In this document: positions 36,048 to 46,114 of the stretch, one piece after another
How positions within the stretch are numbered: the stretch's first letter is position 1
Layout: every line of letters starts with the position of its first letter
Source: an archaeon
GTDB lineage: Archaea; Nanobdellota; Nanobdellia; Woesearchaeales; GW2011-AR9
Assembly (NCBI GenBank): GCA_002688265.1
Contig: NZCK01000014.1
Span: 560-64,559 of the forward strand
Reading direction: 5' to 3'
Length of the DNA: 64,000 nt
Notes under the pieces: generated by a model
What the model was told of the DNA's origin: nothing
The model's input: the letters and a program-made list of their open reading frames with translations, nothing else
The model's database searches: none
Made by a program: the position numbers and the translations under genes

Positions 36048-37001
36048 ATGACTACTTTACATAAAACATTAATTGGACATTTTGTAACTAACAACAAAGA
36101 AATTATTGATTCTACTAATTTTAAATCATTAAAAGATTATAACAATTCAGGCAAAGAACAAAAAAAATTACTTAAAAAATATAAAACTAAATTAGCCTCA
36201 AGTGAACAAAAAAAAGAATTGCTCCCTTTAATTAAAGATAAAAAATATTTTTCAAATTTTAGAGATCAAAATATTTTACTAAGCAAACAACAAATTAAAA
36301 ATTCGGTTAACGAAGATGATTTGATTGTTCAAACTGTCAACAACATTAATGAGCTTGACACCACAGCCAACACCTTAGTGAAGCGTTTAAGAGAATGGTT
36401 TTCTCTCATACTTCCGGAATTAGATAAGGGTGTTTTCAACCATGAAAAATATGCTGAATTGGTTGCCACTAAGACTAAGACTCAACTGGTAAAAGAATTG
36501 AAAGTTAATGCTAAAGAGAGCATGGGTGCAGATATTGATAAAGTGGATATTACTCAAATGAAATTATTGGCTGAGCAAATATTAAATTTATATCAACTCC
36601 GAGATAAACACGAGGAATACCTTGAAAAAATTATGAAAGAATATTGTCCAAATTTCCATGCAATTGCTGGAACCAATATTGGAGCAAAATTGTTTGAACA
36701 CGGAAGGTCTTTAAGAAGATTAGCCTGTCTTCCTGCCTCTACAATTCAACTTTTAGGTGCAGAAAAAGCATTATTCCGTCATATAAAAACTGGAAGTAAA
36801 AGTCCAAAGTATGGAATTCTTTATACACATTATCTTGTGCAGAAGGCTAAACGTAAAGACAGAGGGATGGTAGCAAGAAGTGTTGCAAATAATCTTTCAA
36901 TTGCACTTAGAATAGATTTCTTTAAGGGAGAATTTCGAGGAGAAAAAATGCGAAAAGACCTTGAGGATAAATTTGGTTACAAAAAAGATGATAAGAAATA
37001 A
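36048..37001 (+). CDS. nop5: Nop5 (Nop56/58) box C/D RNP protein
   Basis: Nop domain AGTNIGAKLFEHGRSLRRLACLPASTIQLLGAEKALFRH. The track start at 36009 is TTG; an in-frame ATG is at 36048. Confidence 0.88.
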   Translation: MTTLHKTLIGHFVTNNKEIIDSTNFKSLKDYNNSGKEQKKLLKKYKTKLASSEQKKELLPLIKDKKYFSNFRDQNILLSKQQIKNSVNEDDLIVQTVNNINELDTTANTLVKRLREWFSLILPELDKGVFNHEKYAELVATKTKTQLVKELKVNAKESMGADIDKVDITQMKLLAEQILNLYQLRDKHEEYLEKIMKEYCPNFHAIAGTNIGAKLFEHGRSLRRLACLPASTIQLLGAEKALFRHIKTGSKSPKYGILYTHYLVQKAKRKDRGMVARSVANNLSIALRIDFFKGEFRGEKMRKDLEDKFGYKKDDKK

Positions 37002-37127
37002 CTGATTCTAGTAATCACTAAGATTTTAACCTGTTTTTTATTATTCTTCATAACTAACTAAAAAATGTTACACAAACATAAAAAAATTAATCCATGCAAT
37101 TAAGAATGGTCTTTCTCAATTAGAACC

Positions 37128-38123
37128 ATGAATCGATATTCCCTAGTTAATTCTATAGAAACAATATTAACTATTGAGCCAATGACTAATTCTGCGCTTG
37201 AAGGCCTAGCTTTGATTTTTTGTGACAGAGATCAAGGCGACATGACATTTGCAGATTGTTATGAACAACTGGCTGCAGAGTTTTGCCAGTCTGCAGATGA
37301 AAAACCGTGGACTAAGGAAATGGATCAATCAATTGATGATTTATTGGATGCCATTGACCAAAGACAAGATATTTCTCAAGCATCCACAAAAAAAATATTT
37401 TACATTAAAAGAATTGATCCAAAATTAGTTGCCAACGCTATTTCTGCCTTAGAACTTTTGGGATACAATTGTAGTCATCTTGATCAACCTAGCGCTTCTT
37501 GGAGAAATAGAAATAGAACATCTACTTTTATTGATTTTAGAGATGAAAGAATTTCTCTTCCATCAGCCTTAGAAGAAGGATTAATTATTAGAAAAAAAGA
37601 CAAGCCAGACAATTTTTATGGTTTTGTTAGTCAAAGAGTTACTCATTCCCTTGCTTTTTACACTTCCGCTTTTGCCTCAATTATTGGCACAGTAAATCAT
37701 TTTTCCGATCCAACAAAGTTGTTAACTCCCCTCTTTGGTGCGGCGATGGGGGCAGCTATGGCAACAGCGGTTTTGTATAGTAGGTTTGGTTACAACAGTT
37801 CTATAGAAGGTTCTTACTTAACTTTAAAGGAAGATATAACACGCCGCCGTGAATTTATCAAAGAACATGACTTAAACGGATATGAATTCCAAATTCCAGA
37901 TCAATTAATTGCTTGGAACAATTATACTCCAAATGAAGCATTAAGAAGAACAAAGAAAACTAAAAACATAACAATTTCAGAGAGAATATTAACTGCAGCA
38001 GTGATTGTTTCCATATGCCTTGGTGTTGCAACAACTGGATATGCTGCCTATAAAGGATACCCTTATTTTAATTCACAATTGCAAAAAACAGAACCAAGCT
38101 CCTTTTCTACTAATTCAGAATAG
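37128..38123 (+). CDS. hypothetical membrane protein
   Basis: Acidic N-terminal region and two to three hydrophobic helices (FGAAMGAAMATAVLY; ILTAAVIVSICLGVATTGYAAY). No family recognised. Confidence 0.5.
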   Translation: MNRYSLVNSIETILTIEPMTNSALEGLALIFCDRDQGDMTFADCYEQLAAEFCQSADEKPWTKEMDQSIDDLLDAIDQRQDISQASTKKIFYIKRIDPKLVANAISALELLGYNCSHLDQPSASWRNRNRTSTFIDFRDERISLPSALEEGLIIRKKDKPDNFYGFVSQRVTHSLAFYTSAFASIIGTVNHFSDPTKLLTPLFGAAMGAAMATAVLYSRFGYNSSIEGSYLTLKEDITRRREFIKEHDLNGYEFQIPDQLIAWNNYTPNEALRRTKKTKNITISERILTAAVIVSICLGVATTGYAAYKGYPYFNSQLQKTEPSSFSTNSE

Positions 38124-38272
38124 AAGACATCTCTGCATGCTCATCAGTTACTACCGTCGGCTATAAGGAAGCCATGGTGTTCACATAATCATTGCATGAT
38201 ACAGTGTCCCCATGATAGGATTTCTACCACAGAATAATTGTCAAAAATAAAAAAGCAAAAGCCAATAAAAAC

Positions 38273-39475
38273 TTATCCAAAGATATGCACTTCATCTTCA
38301 TCATTATCTTTATTACGCACTTTCTCAATAGCCAAATCAAAATCTTTTTTTATCAAATAATCTCTATCTTCTCGAATAGCAAAATATCCTGCCTCAGTAC
38401 AGACTGCTTTAATCTCTGCTCCACTGAATCCATCTGTAAATTTTGCAATATCTTTCAATTTCACTTTCTTCAAAGTCATAGCAGCTGTATGGATTTTTAA
38501 AATTTCCACACGCCCTTCTTCTGATGGCATCCCAACTTCAATGATCCGATCAAGTCGACCTGGCCGTAGAATTGCTAAATCTAAAATATCTTTACGATTG
38601 GTTGCTGCAATGATTTTTACATTATCTAATCCCTTGAAACCATCTAATTCTGCAAGTAATTGCATAAAAGTTCGGTTAACTTCTCGCTCTCCAGAAGTCC
38701 CCATTGGCATCCTGGATGACGCTAAAGCATCAATTTCATCAATGAAAAGAATAGTAGGTGATTTCCGTCTGGCAAGTGCAAATATTTCTTTCACCAGTTT
38801 ACTCCCTTCTCCAATGAACTTCTGAACTAATTCTGATCCTACCACTTCAATAAAAGTTGCATTAGTACTATGAGCAACTGCTTTAGCGAGTAAAGTTTTT
38901 CCAGTTCCAGGTGGTCCATGTAATAAGACTCCTTTAGGAGGAATTATTCCCATTTTCTTGAACAACTTTGGTTTTATTAGTGGCAGTTCAATAACTTCTT
39001 TGATTTCTTGAACTTCATCTTTGAGTCCACCAATTTGTTTCCAATTTTCTTGGGGTGCTTCAAGTAAAACATATTTCTCTACATCAACGCCAGCTGAAAC
39101 ATCAATAACATCTAATATATTAAGTGACTTTTGTTCAACTAACACTGTGTCTCCAGCTTGCAATTCTTTAATAGAATTACTGATATGAGAATAAAATTTG
39201 TTGCCGTTTGGCAATTTTACAATTGCCCGTTTTTCATGAACTGCTACTACCTCTGCTACTAGTAATGCTGGTTTGCGTAAAGTTTCAAGTTCATTATGGG
39301 TTTTGTTAAATAGAGCGCGCAATAAGGATGCTTCTTCTTCTAGTTTATGTAGTGCTACTTGAAGTTGACGGTTTTCTTCTTCAATTTGTTCTACATCCAC
39401 TTCTTCGACTACTTCTGTGTCCATGAGTTTTTCTTCTACTCCAACGCTTACTTTCACATTTCGGTTTATTGCCAT
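38273..39475 (-). CDS. pan: proteasome-activating nucleotidase (AAA+ ATPase)
   Basis: N-terminal coiled coil, OB region, Walker A GPPGTGKT, Walker B ILFIDEID. About 400 aa. Confidence 0.88.
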   Translation of the reverse strand: MAINRNVKVSVGVEEKLMDTEVVEEVDVEQIEEENRQLQVALHKLEEEASLLRALFNKTHNELETLRKPALLVAEVVAVHEKRAIVKLPNGNKFYSHISNSIKELQAGDTVLVEQKSLNILDVIDVSAGVDVEKYVLLEAPQENWKQIGGLKDEVQEIKEVIELPLIKPKLFKKMGIIPPKGVLLHGPPGTGKTLLAKAVAHSTNATFIEVVGSELVQKFIGEGSKLVKEIFALARRKSPTILFIDEIDALASSRMPMGTSGEREVNRTFMQLLAELDGFKGLDNVKIIAATNRKDILDLAILRPGRLDRIIEVGMPSEEGRVEILKIHTAAMTLKKVKLKDIAKFTDGFSGAEIKAVCTEAGYFAIREDRDYLIKKDFDLAIEKVRNKDNDEDEVHIFG

Positions 39476-39559
39476 AGAATCTCCTTTGATCTAAATTTCT
39501 TATATACTCTGGCACTCATTGTATAAAAAGCTATGCCCAATATTACAAAGATCTATTAA

Positions 39560-39721
39560 CTAAAACAAACTTCCTGTATAAACTTTAGTAATCAGTATTG
39601 CTAGGATTGCCAAAAGAATCACAAAGAACATCACTCTGAAAAACCAACTAACAAATTTCTTGAGAATAGTAAGTAAAAGTAAAACAATTAAAATAAAAAC
39701 AATTAATGACCAGACATTCAC
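39560..39721 (-). CDS. possible 53-aa two-helix membrane peptide (GTG start)
   Basis: Hand translation gives VNVWSLIVFILIVLLLLTILKKFVSWFFRVMFFVILLAILAILITKVYTGSLF. It starts 1 nt after the MscS stop. AT-rich DNA easily yields hydrophobic ORFs. Confidence 0.25.
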   Translation of the reverse strand: MNVWSLIVFILIVLLLLTILKKFVSWFFRVMFFVILLAILAILITKVYTGSLF

Positions 39722-39722
39722 T

Positions 39723-40814
39723 TTACTTCACCTTCTTTACAAGCAAAGTTTGTGTAGGGTAGGGAATACCTATCTTTTTCTTATTCAAAACATCATAAAT
39801 TAATTGTGTTGCTTCCAATTTTTTTGAATAAGCATCTTTCCAATTATCTACCCATAAATGTGCCTTAAATTCTAAAGCAAAATCACCCATATTCAAAAAC
39901 GAAACAGATGGTGCTGGCTTTTCCAAAACCCCCTCCATCTTTACAAGTTCCTTTTCTAATATTGAAATAACTTTCTTAGTGTCTGAGCCATACTCAACAC
40001 CAAAAGCTACCCAAACCCGCATTTTACGGTTTGGTTTAGTATAATTTTGTACACGAGAATCAGCCAAGTATCCATTTGGTACTGTCAATTCTTCATTATC
40101 ATAAGTTCGAATTTTAGTACTTCGAAGCCCAACATCAATTACTTCTCCAACTTCTCCGCTTTCCAATCTGATTTTATCCCCTACTTTAATAGCACCATCA
40201 ATAATCATGGCCACCCCACCAAACACATTTTTCAAAGAATCTTGCAAAGCAAGACCCAAAACAATTCCACTTATTCCAACTCCTGCAAGATATGGGGTAA
40301 TATCAATTCCCCAGATAGAAAGAGTCCACATTAAAGCAACTACTACGAAAATAACTTTTGTAAATTTGTGTAATAAAGGGAGTAATACTTCATCTAGTTT
40401 AGTTGAAGTTTTGTGGGCAATAACTTTTCCCCAGATAATAATTATTACATCTACTGCCCTTGCAATAACAAAGACAAACACACAAGCCATAATGGTGTTC
40501 ATCAACAAAGTTAGATTTCCATTCACTTCTAAATAACGTAGAGCTAGCTTTAATCCTCCGGCCAACAGCAGATAGAACAAAGGGTGTTTAGTTTTTTCAA
40601 AAATCATATCATCTAGATCAGTTTCAGTTTTAGCGGCAAAAACTTCTAAATATTTCGAGAAGATTAAAAGTAACAACCAAGCTAAAATAGCAGTCATAAC
40701 TACAATGAATAATGCTGCCAAGTATTGGTTTTCTAAAAAGCTCAACTGAGGAGCTTGTGCCATAAGCCATGTAAAAAATTCTTCGATCATAATAGAAGAC
40801 TTATTCACATTCAA
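39723..40814 (-). CDS. small-conductance mechanosensitive channel (MscS family)
   Basis: N-terminal TM helices plus the MscS beta-domain pattern VGDKIRLESGEVGEVIDVGLRSTKIRTYDNEELTVPN. Confidence 0.88.
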   Translation of the reverse strand: MNVNKSSIMIEEFFTWLMAQAPQLSFLENQYLAALFIVVMTAILAWLLLLIFSKYLEVFAAKTETDLDDMIFEKTKHPLFYLLLAGGLKLALRYLEVNGNLTLLMNTIMACVFVFVIARAVDVIIIIWGKVIAHKTSTKLDEVLLPLLHKFTKVIFVVVALMWTLSIWGIDITPYLAGVGISGIVLGLALQDSLKNVFGGVAMIIDGAIKVGDKIRLESGEVGEVIDVGLRSTKIRTYDNEELTVPNGYLADSRVQNYTKPNRKMRVWVAFGVEYGSDTKKVISILEKELVKMEGVLEKPAPSVSFLNMGDFALEFKAHLWVDNWKDAYSKKLEATQLIYDVLNKKKIGIPYPTQTLLVKKVK

Positions 40815-40831
40815 TTATTTAAAGCTTCTTA

Positions 40832-41614
40832 TCATCTAAAAAAATCTTGGATCTTTTTTAGCATTGGAACTTGTCTCTTTGAACCACTAGTCCCTTTATT
40901 AATTAAATCATTCTTCCCATTTTTTCTTCTCTTTCGAATCATTCCTTCAATCTCTTTCTCAACTGCCGCTTTATTTGAATACAAATTCTCTCTTCGTTTG
41001 AATTCAGGGGTATGCGTCCTCATCCTCCCATTCTTACAATTGAATTGTAAATCTTTGTGTAACATTTCGTGATACATCAACAAATCTAAAACTTGTTGTG
41101 GTGCTTCTTTAAACAGAGAACTAACTGTTATTGAATCATTGTTGAAATTATAAGATGCCAAGCGCCTAACAGCAATATTGCCCCATTTCAGAGTGCACTC
41201 TGACATTAAATTATCAAAAAATTCAGTATTCATTCTAGTAAATGATTCGCGCAATAAATTACAATTAGCTTCTAAATCATGATCATCTGTCATGTAAATT
41301 GGAATTTGTTTGCAAAAGTTATTGTAGAGTTTGATGTTAAAGGTTGACTTTTTTTTATCGACTACAGTTTTCGCCAGCATCCTAATCAACAAATGTTGAA
41401 TTAATCCTATCTGAATTTCAGAGTCTACTTTTTTCCACTGCAAATTATACTTCACACCTAAATGTTTCCCTCGCAAAGAAATGTTAGCATTGAATGGCCC
41501 AAGTCTACGATTATATTCCTCACTAACAACATAAGAGAACTCTTTATCTGGCCAAAGCCTAGAATAAGCCTTATGTACCAAAGAATCGTATTGAACACCA
41601 GAATCTATTTCCAT
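40832..41614 (-). CDS. SprT/DUF45-like zinc metallopeptidase
   Basis: RRLASYNFNNDSITVSSLF...VLDLLMYHEMLHKDL...HTPEFKRRE contains the HExxH motif in an SprT/YgjP-like context. Confidence 0.6.
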   Translation of the reverse strand: MEIDSGVQYDSLVHKAYSRLWPDKEFSYVVSEEYNRRLGPFNANISLRGKHLGVKYNLQWKKVDSEIQIGLIQHLLIRMLAKTVVDKKKSTFNIKLYNNFCKQIPIYMTDDHDLEANCNLLRESFTRMNTEFFDNLMSECTLKWGNIAVRRLASYNFNNDSITVSSLFKEAPQQVLDLLMYHEMLHKDLQFNCKNGRMRTHTPEFKRRENLYSNKAAVEKEIEGMIRKRRKNGKNDLINKGTSGSKRQVPMLKKIQDFFR

Positions 41615-41666
41615 TAAGAAATACCAAGAATGTGGATAGATAAAAAGATTGCGAAGAATTAGTTAT

Positions 41667-42299
41667 TCACTGAGGTAATGTTCCTAACAAATATGTAGAT
41701 TCTAAATCATACCTTTTCAATCTAATGTAAGGAACATGTGATTCTCTTCTTCCCACAATTACTCCAGAATTATTAAAATCTAAAGTGTAACCCTTCCTTA
41801 AAGTAGGAACTCTCGCTGGATATTCTCCCCCAATTACATCTTGATTACACCTTATTTCTGAAGTTCCTATAACAACATTGAAATCTTGATGAAGGCACAA
41901 CAATACAAAATTATCTTTTATTTGATCGTAACTAACTATTTTTTTCAACTTACCATTGGGTAGAAGAACTTCATGTGCGAAAATATCTCTAACAGCTCTG
42001 GCAGCAGGTTGCAAGATGCTTTTAACTTCATCTGTCCATTGAGCGGCATTATTGTACCCTTTTCGAAGAAATACATGAGCTTGAATATAATCCATTACTT
42101 CTAATTTTTCAACTGCTTTCAAAGTAGTTTCTCTGAACACTTGATCCAATGATTCTGGATGGCCCATCATAGGTAAATGAACTCTCTTCTCTTTAGCAAA
42201 ATATTCTTCCCAAATAGAATTTGCTTGCCCAATTAATCTTGAAAATTCTTCTCTTAAATTTCTGTTTATATTCGACATTGTTCTTTTCACTAATAACAA
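41667..42299 (-). CDS. hypothetical protein
   Basis: 210 aa, soluble. No motif recognised. Co-directional with the SprT-like gene, 52-nt spacer. Confidence 0.5.
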   Translation of the reverse strand: MLLVKRTMSNINRNLREEFSRLIGQANSIWEEYFAKEKRVHLPMMGHPESLDQVFRETTLKAVEKLEVMDYIQAHVFLRKGYNNAAQWTDEVKSILQPAARAVRDIFAHEVLLPNGKLKKIVSYDQIKDNFVLLCLHQDFNVVIGTSEIRCNQDVIGGEYPARVPTLRKGYTLDFNNSGVIVGRRESHVPYIRLKRYDLESTYLLGTLPQ

Positions 42300-42417
42300 A
42301 CCTTAGAAATCACCAACTACATAAAACCAAGAACGATCTCTCTTAAAACCTCTTATTAGAATATTTACTATCATAAAATTCCAAAAAAGAATTCTTTAAC
42401 TAACTCTTACTTTAAGC

Positions 42418-43530
42418 TTAACTAATAGAAAACCTAAGCAATGCTGCATATCCACCTAAATTCTTAAGCTGCACACCTTCTCGAGTCTCCCCAGATATCA
42501 CTCGAACTTCACTTCCACTTTCTTCAGCAGCATCCTCATAATCTTGAATTACTTCTTCTGAGACTACATCTTCAGATAACAACAACACATCAACTGCCCC
42601 CATCTTCATTGCTTTCTCTACTTGAGCTTTCCCATAAGTCACCCGATGCTCATCTTTAACCAAACGCATCAAAAAACGCTGCATAATCTTTTTCTCCTGA
42701 GCTACTTCCTCTGCTGCAAGTAAATCTTCAGACTTCTCAAGTAACTCTTGTAAACCAAAATCTCCAGTATATGACAAATCTTTGGTTCCAATAATTTTTT
42801 TCTTCAAATCACCTGTGACATAGTCTTTATTCATAAAATCTTGAACAGTAACTCCTGGACCACCAATAATTATTCCCATCAAATTATTTCCTAAATGTAA
42901 AAATTGATCTTTCATGTATTCTGCAACTTTCTTGTAATGTTCTTTAGCAGCACCTTCACGCAGACGAGCGAAACGTTGAGCGGATTGACCTCCTGCCCGG
43001 AACTTTCCTGGAACTTCAGAATGAGTTTTCTGTAAAGGAACAATTGTCTTTCCCTTAAGCAAAGCGATATTGGCGTCCCTTCGATCCATAACAACTAATC
43101 CGTATGCTCGTTTATCAACCATTAAATTTTCTAGATGTTCAGTAACGAATGCTTTATCACAACGATAAATTCGAATGTTCAGCGGAACTGGTGGTTCTAT
43201 ACTCCATGAATGAAAATCTTGTTTTCCCTGTGTTGAACCTAAATTTCCAGCAAACACAGCCAATCCATTTTTTGGAGTTTTAGAATATCCCTTTAACGTC
43301 TGGATCATTTTTTCAAGTGCGTTTTGAACATTTTTACGAGTCACAGCACTTTTAATGTTAGATGCTGTTCCTTGCTCATCAGAAAGGTGATTAATAATTT
43401 TAGAAATATCATATCCTGCTGGAACATACACTGATACAAACTCTGTGTGCATAGCTCTTTGAGCTTTTAGTTCCCGAATTAGATTTTTCAATCTTCGACG
43501 TTCTTTTGGTGGTATAACAACAGTTGACAT
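42418..43530 (-). CDS. prf1: peptide chain release factor aRF1
   Basis: NIKS (TASNIKSAV) and GGQ (RAGGQSAQRF) motifs. Confidence 0.95.
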   Translation of the reverse strand: MSTVVIPPKERRRLKNLIRELKAQRAMHTEFVSVYVPAGYDISKIINHLSDEQGTASNIKSAVTRKNVQNALEKMIQTLKGYSKTPKNGLAVFAGNLGSTQGKQDFHSWSIEPPVPLNIRIYRCDKAFVTEHLENLMVDKRAYGLVVMDRRDANIALLKGKTIVPLQKTHSEVPGKFRAGGQSAQRFARLREGAAKEHYKKVAEYMKDQFLHLGNNLMGIIIGGPGVTVQDFMNKDYVTGDLKKKIIGTKDLSYTGDFGLQELLEKSEDLLAAEEVAQEKKIMQRFLMRLVKDEHRVTYGKAQVEKAMKMGAVDVLLLSEDVVSEEVIQDYEDAAEESGSEVRVISGETREGVQLKNLGGYAALLRFSIS

Positions 43531-43576
43531 AAGAAATACAATGATTGCTTCTTTTTATAAGGTTATCCGCAATTAT

Positions 43577-44107
43577 TCAGAACAAATTCATGGATAATAA
43601 CATTTCTTCTACTAAAGAAACAACTGAACTTTCATCTAGTCCACCAGCAGAATCGAATGTTAAGGTTTCCACACTTAATTCCAGAGATTCATCATAACAT
43701 ACATCAAAAATTTCTGAATCCAAATTCTCTTTAACTTTATTTGCTGAATAATTTCTTGCGAGCAAGCGAGACTCTAATTCTTTAAGATCAGAACACCTAA
43801 CTATAATTGCTCCACAAATAATTTTTGAAGACAAATGATGAGCTACATGAGAGTCAAGTACCATTACTTGACCAGGGTTTTCTTCCAAACGCAACTTAAC
43901 CAATTCTTCAACTTTATCCATATCAAGATCATAACAATCTTTTTCTTTGTTGTATTCAGAGCTAAGCTTTTTATCTGATTCTATAAGTTCATATAAATCA
44001 AGGTGTAATAACCCTAATTGTTCAATTAATAGTTTAGCTAAAGTTGATTTTCCTGTTCCAGGAGTTCCTGTGATTATCAGCAACCTTTTTAATGAATCTT
44101 GTTCCAT
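43577..44107 (-). CDS. AK6/Fap7-like adenylate kinase / NTPase
   Basis: P-loop GTPGTGKST. About 176 aa, typical of archaeal Fap7 homologs. Confidence 0.75.
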   Translation of the reverse strand: MEQDSLKRLLIITGTPGTGKSTLAKLLIEQLGLLHLDLYELIESDKKLSSEYNKEKDCYDLDMDKVEELVKLRLEENPGQVMVLDSHVAHHLSSKIICGAIIVRCSDLKELESRLLARNYSANKVKENLDSEIFDVCYDESLELSVETLTFDSAGGLDESSVVSLVEEMLLSMNLF

Positions 44108-44152
44108 TAAATCAAAAAACTAACTCCTAGCTAAAAAAGTTTCTAACAATAA

Positions 44153-46009
44153 TTATAAATCAATCCCTTTCTTCTTACGCCTAAACAACTTAGAAAATAT
44201 TCCTTTCTTTTTCCGCCTACGTGAATGTCGAATAGATTTGTGTCGTTTGAATTTTTTATCTCTTAACTCAACATCTTCTAAACCTAATTCAGTTACTGCA
44301 TCATCACGTTCTTTTCTTCTTGCTAATTTCTTCTCATGCAAACGTCTAACTTTCTTATGTTGACCATATAAAGCTCTCTCAACTAAGTGTTGGTGCACAA
44401 ACGAATCAAATACTAAAATTCCCATAAACAAAATTATAGCATACAAAGCAAGAGTGATATATGGATTAACTAATCCTTCAAAACTTCCTCCAAATACAAA
44501 CACTCTTCGAATCACTTCTTCAGCAATCACAAATGGATTTAATTGTGTTAACTCCCTCAAACCAGGGCTCATCCCTTCAATTGGTAAGATTACGCCAGAT
44601 AAGAATAAGAATAAAGATCCTGTCGAAATTGATGCTAAAATACTTGTTTCTTCAGAACTAAAGATTGAACCCAGTACCATCCCAATTAAGCCAAAGACTG
44701 CCATTGCAAACAACAGGGTGATAAAAATAACTAAGAATGCCAAAATATCTCCTGGAACAAACAGCAAAGACACCAAGAGTAAAACTAATGTCTGAAATCC
44801 CACCATCACCATCATACTAAAGAAATTCGCTACGATAAATTTTGATTTACTAATCGGTAAAAGAACGTTACGAACATAAGCTGGACTCTTTTTTTCCATC
44901 ATAACTAGTGTATTCCCTAACATTATTGATAAAAACATGATTACTAAGACTACTAAACTTGGAAACAGATAATTAAATTTAGATTTTTCGGAACTAACCA
45001 ATTCTATATTAGTTACTAATGGTGCAGAGATTGTTGAACTATCATCAACTTCAAAATCACTTAAATCAGAAGACAGAGTGTTTAGTGAATTAACTACTGA
45101 ATCTAAATTTTTTTGAGCAGAAACAATATTTGTATTTGCAGAACTAACTCCACTACTTGAAGAACTAAGTGAGTCTTGTAAACCAACTATGGCTTCTTGA
45201 ATTTCTCCAAAACTGCTATCTCCTGTTCCAGCGACATAAATTTCTAATTGATCTACTGCTGCCTGTACGACATCAATAGCATCTTCCAAATTACTTCTTT
45301 CTGAAGAAGTAATGTTATCTAAATTATCAACTTGATTTTCTAGTTCCACTAATTTTTCATCAGCTTCAACTATTCTTCCAACAACATAAGTTTCAAATGT
45401 TGAAATCAAAGAATTTTGAGTAGTATAATCTTCATCAGTAACTGTTACTTCAACTGAACTTAAACTCGAACTGACACCTTCTTGAGAACTTTGAATGGTA
45501 TCAAGTACATCGCGCTGCGCATCTAATTCCGTTTGTGCAGTTGTTATTTGGGTGAAAATATCTGCTACTAATTGTTCAGATACTTCTTGGGTTTGAATAC
45601 TAAATTCACTACTAAGTACTTCTTGGATAATCCAAACAACATTTATCCTACTTTGATCTAAGTGAAAAGTTACAGTTTTTGCGGAGTTGCCTTCCACTGA
45701 AAACTCAGCGGGCAGTTCTACACAAGCATGAGTATAACTTTGTTCGATATCAAATAAACAATCTTCCAATAGATCATAATTTGTTACAGAAAAGTCTTGA
45801 TTTTCAAGTGAGGTTTGCAGTGCAGTTACATCATCCCCAACAGATTCCGAGATAAATCCAATTGAAAGCCCATATCCTGCAAAATTATCATAAGATAAAC
45901 CGATCAATAAAATTAATAACATTGGTGCAAATATTACAATTAATGCTGACGCTTTACTTCTAACTAACAAAGTTATATTTTTCTTTACTAAAAGGAATAA
46001 TTCTTTCAT
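44153..46009 (-). CDS. ABC-2 type permease with large coiled-coil ectodomain (YhgE/Pip-like)
   Basis: N-terminal TM, about 300-aa Ser/Thr/Asp-rich helical ectodomain, five C-terminal TMs, poly-basic tail. Confidence 0.7.
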   Translation of the reverse strand: MKELFLLVKKNITLLVRSKASALIVIFAPMLLILLIGLSYDNFAGYGLSIGFISESVGDDVTALQTSLENQDFSVTNYDLLEDCLFDIEQSYTHACVELPAEFSVEGNSAKTVTFHLDQSRINVVWIIQEVLSSEFSIQTQEVSEQLVADIFTQITTAQTELDAQRDVLDTIQSSQEGVSSSLSSVEVTVTDEDYTTQNSLISTFETYVVGRIVEADEKLVELENQVDNLDNITSSERSNLEDAIDVVQAAVDQLEIYVAGTGDSSFGEIQEAIVGLQDSLSSSSSGVSSANTNIVSAQKNLDSVVNSLNTLSSDLSDFEVDDSSTISAPLVTNIELVSSEKSKFNYLFPSLVVLVIMFLSIMLGNTLVMMEKKSPAYVRNVLLPISKSKFIVANFFSMMVMVGFQTLVLLLVSLLFVPGDILAFLVIFITLLFAMAVFGLIGMVLGSIFSSEETSILASISTGSLFLFLSGVILPIEGMSPGLRELTQLNPFVIAEEVIRRVFVFGGSFEGLVNPYITLALYAIILFMGILVFDSFVHQHLVERALYGQHKKVRRLHEKKLARRKERDDAVTELGLEDVELRDKKFKRHKSIRHSRRRKKKGIFSKLFRRKKKGIDL

Positions 46010-46114
46010 ACCTAAATTCCATCCATCTTTTTTTTAATTATCTTGTTTTATTTATTATCTTATTATTTAATAAAAGTAAATCCAATGTTTCTTACCCTAT
46101 TCATGTTTCTTGCT

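Noticed and set aside
38130-38232. GC-richer island between 37128-38123 and PAN. On the minus strand it shows CUGAUGAG (hammerhead-like core). It also shows a C/D-sRNA-like layout, AUGAUUA then 38 nt then CUGA.
   Set aside because: No GAAA or helix II/III partners exist for a hammerhead. The putative C box lacks the second GA (AUGAUUA) and the internal D'/C' boxes are not recognisable, even though the spacing fits. A covariance-model scan is worthwhile, but the sequence alone does not support a call.
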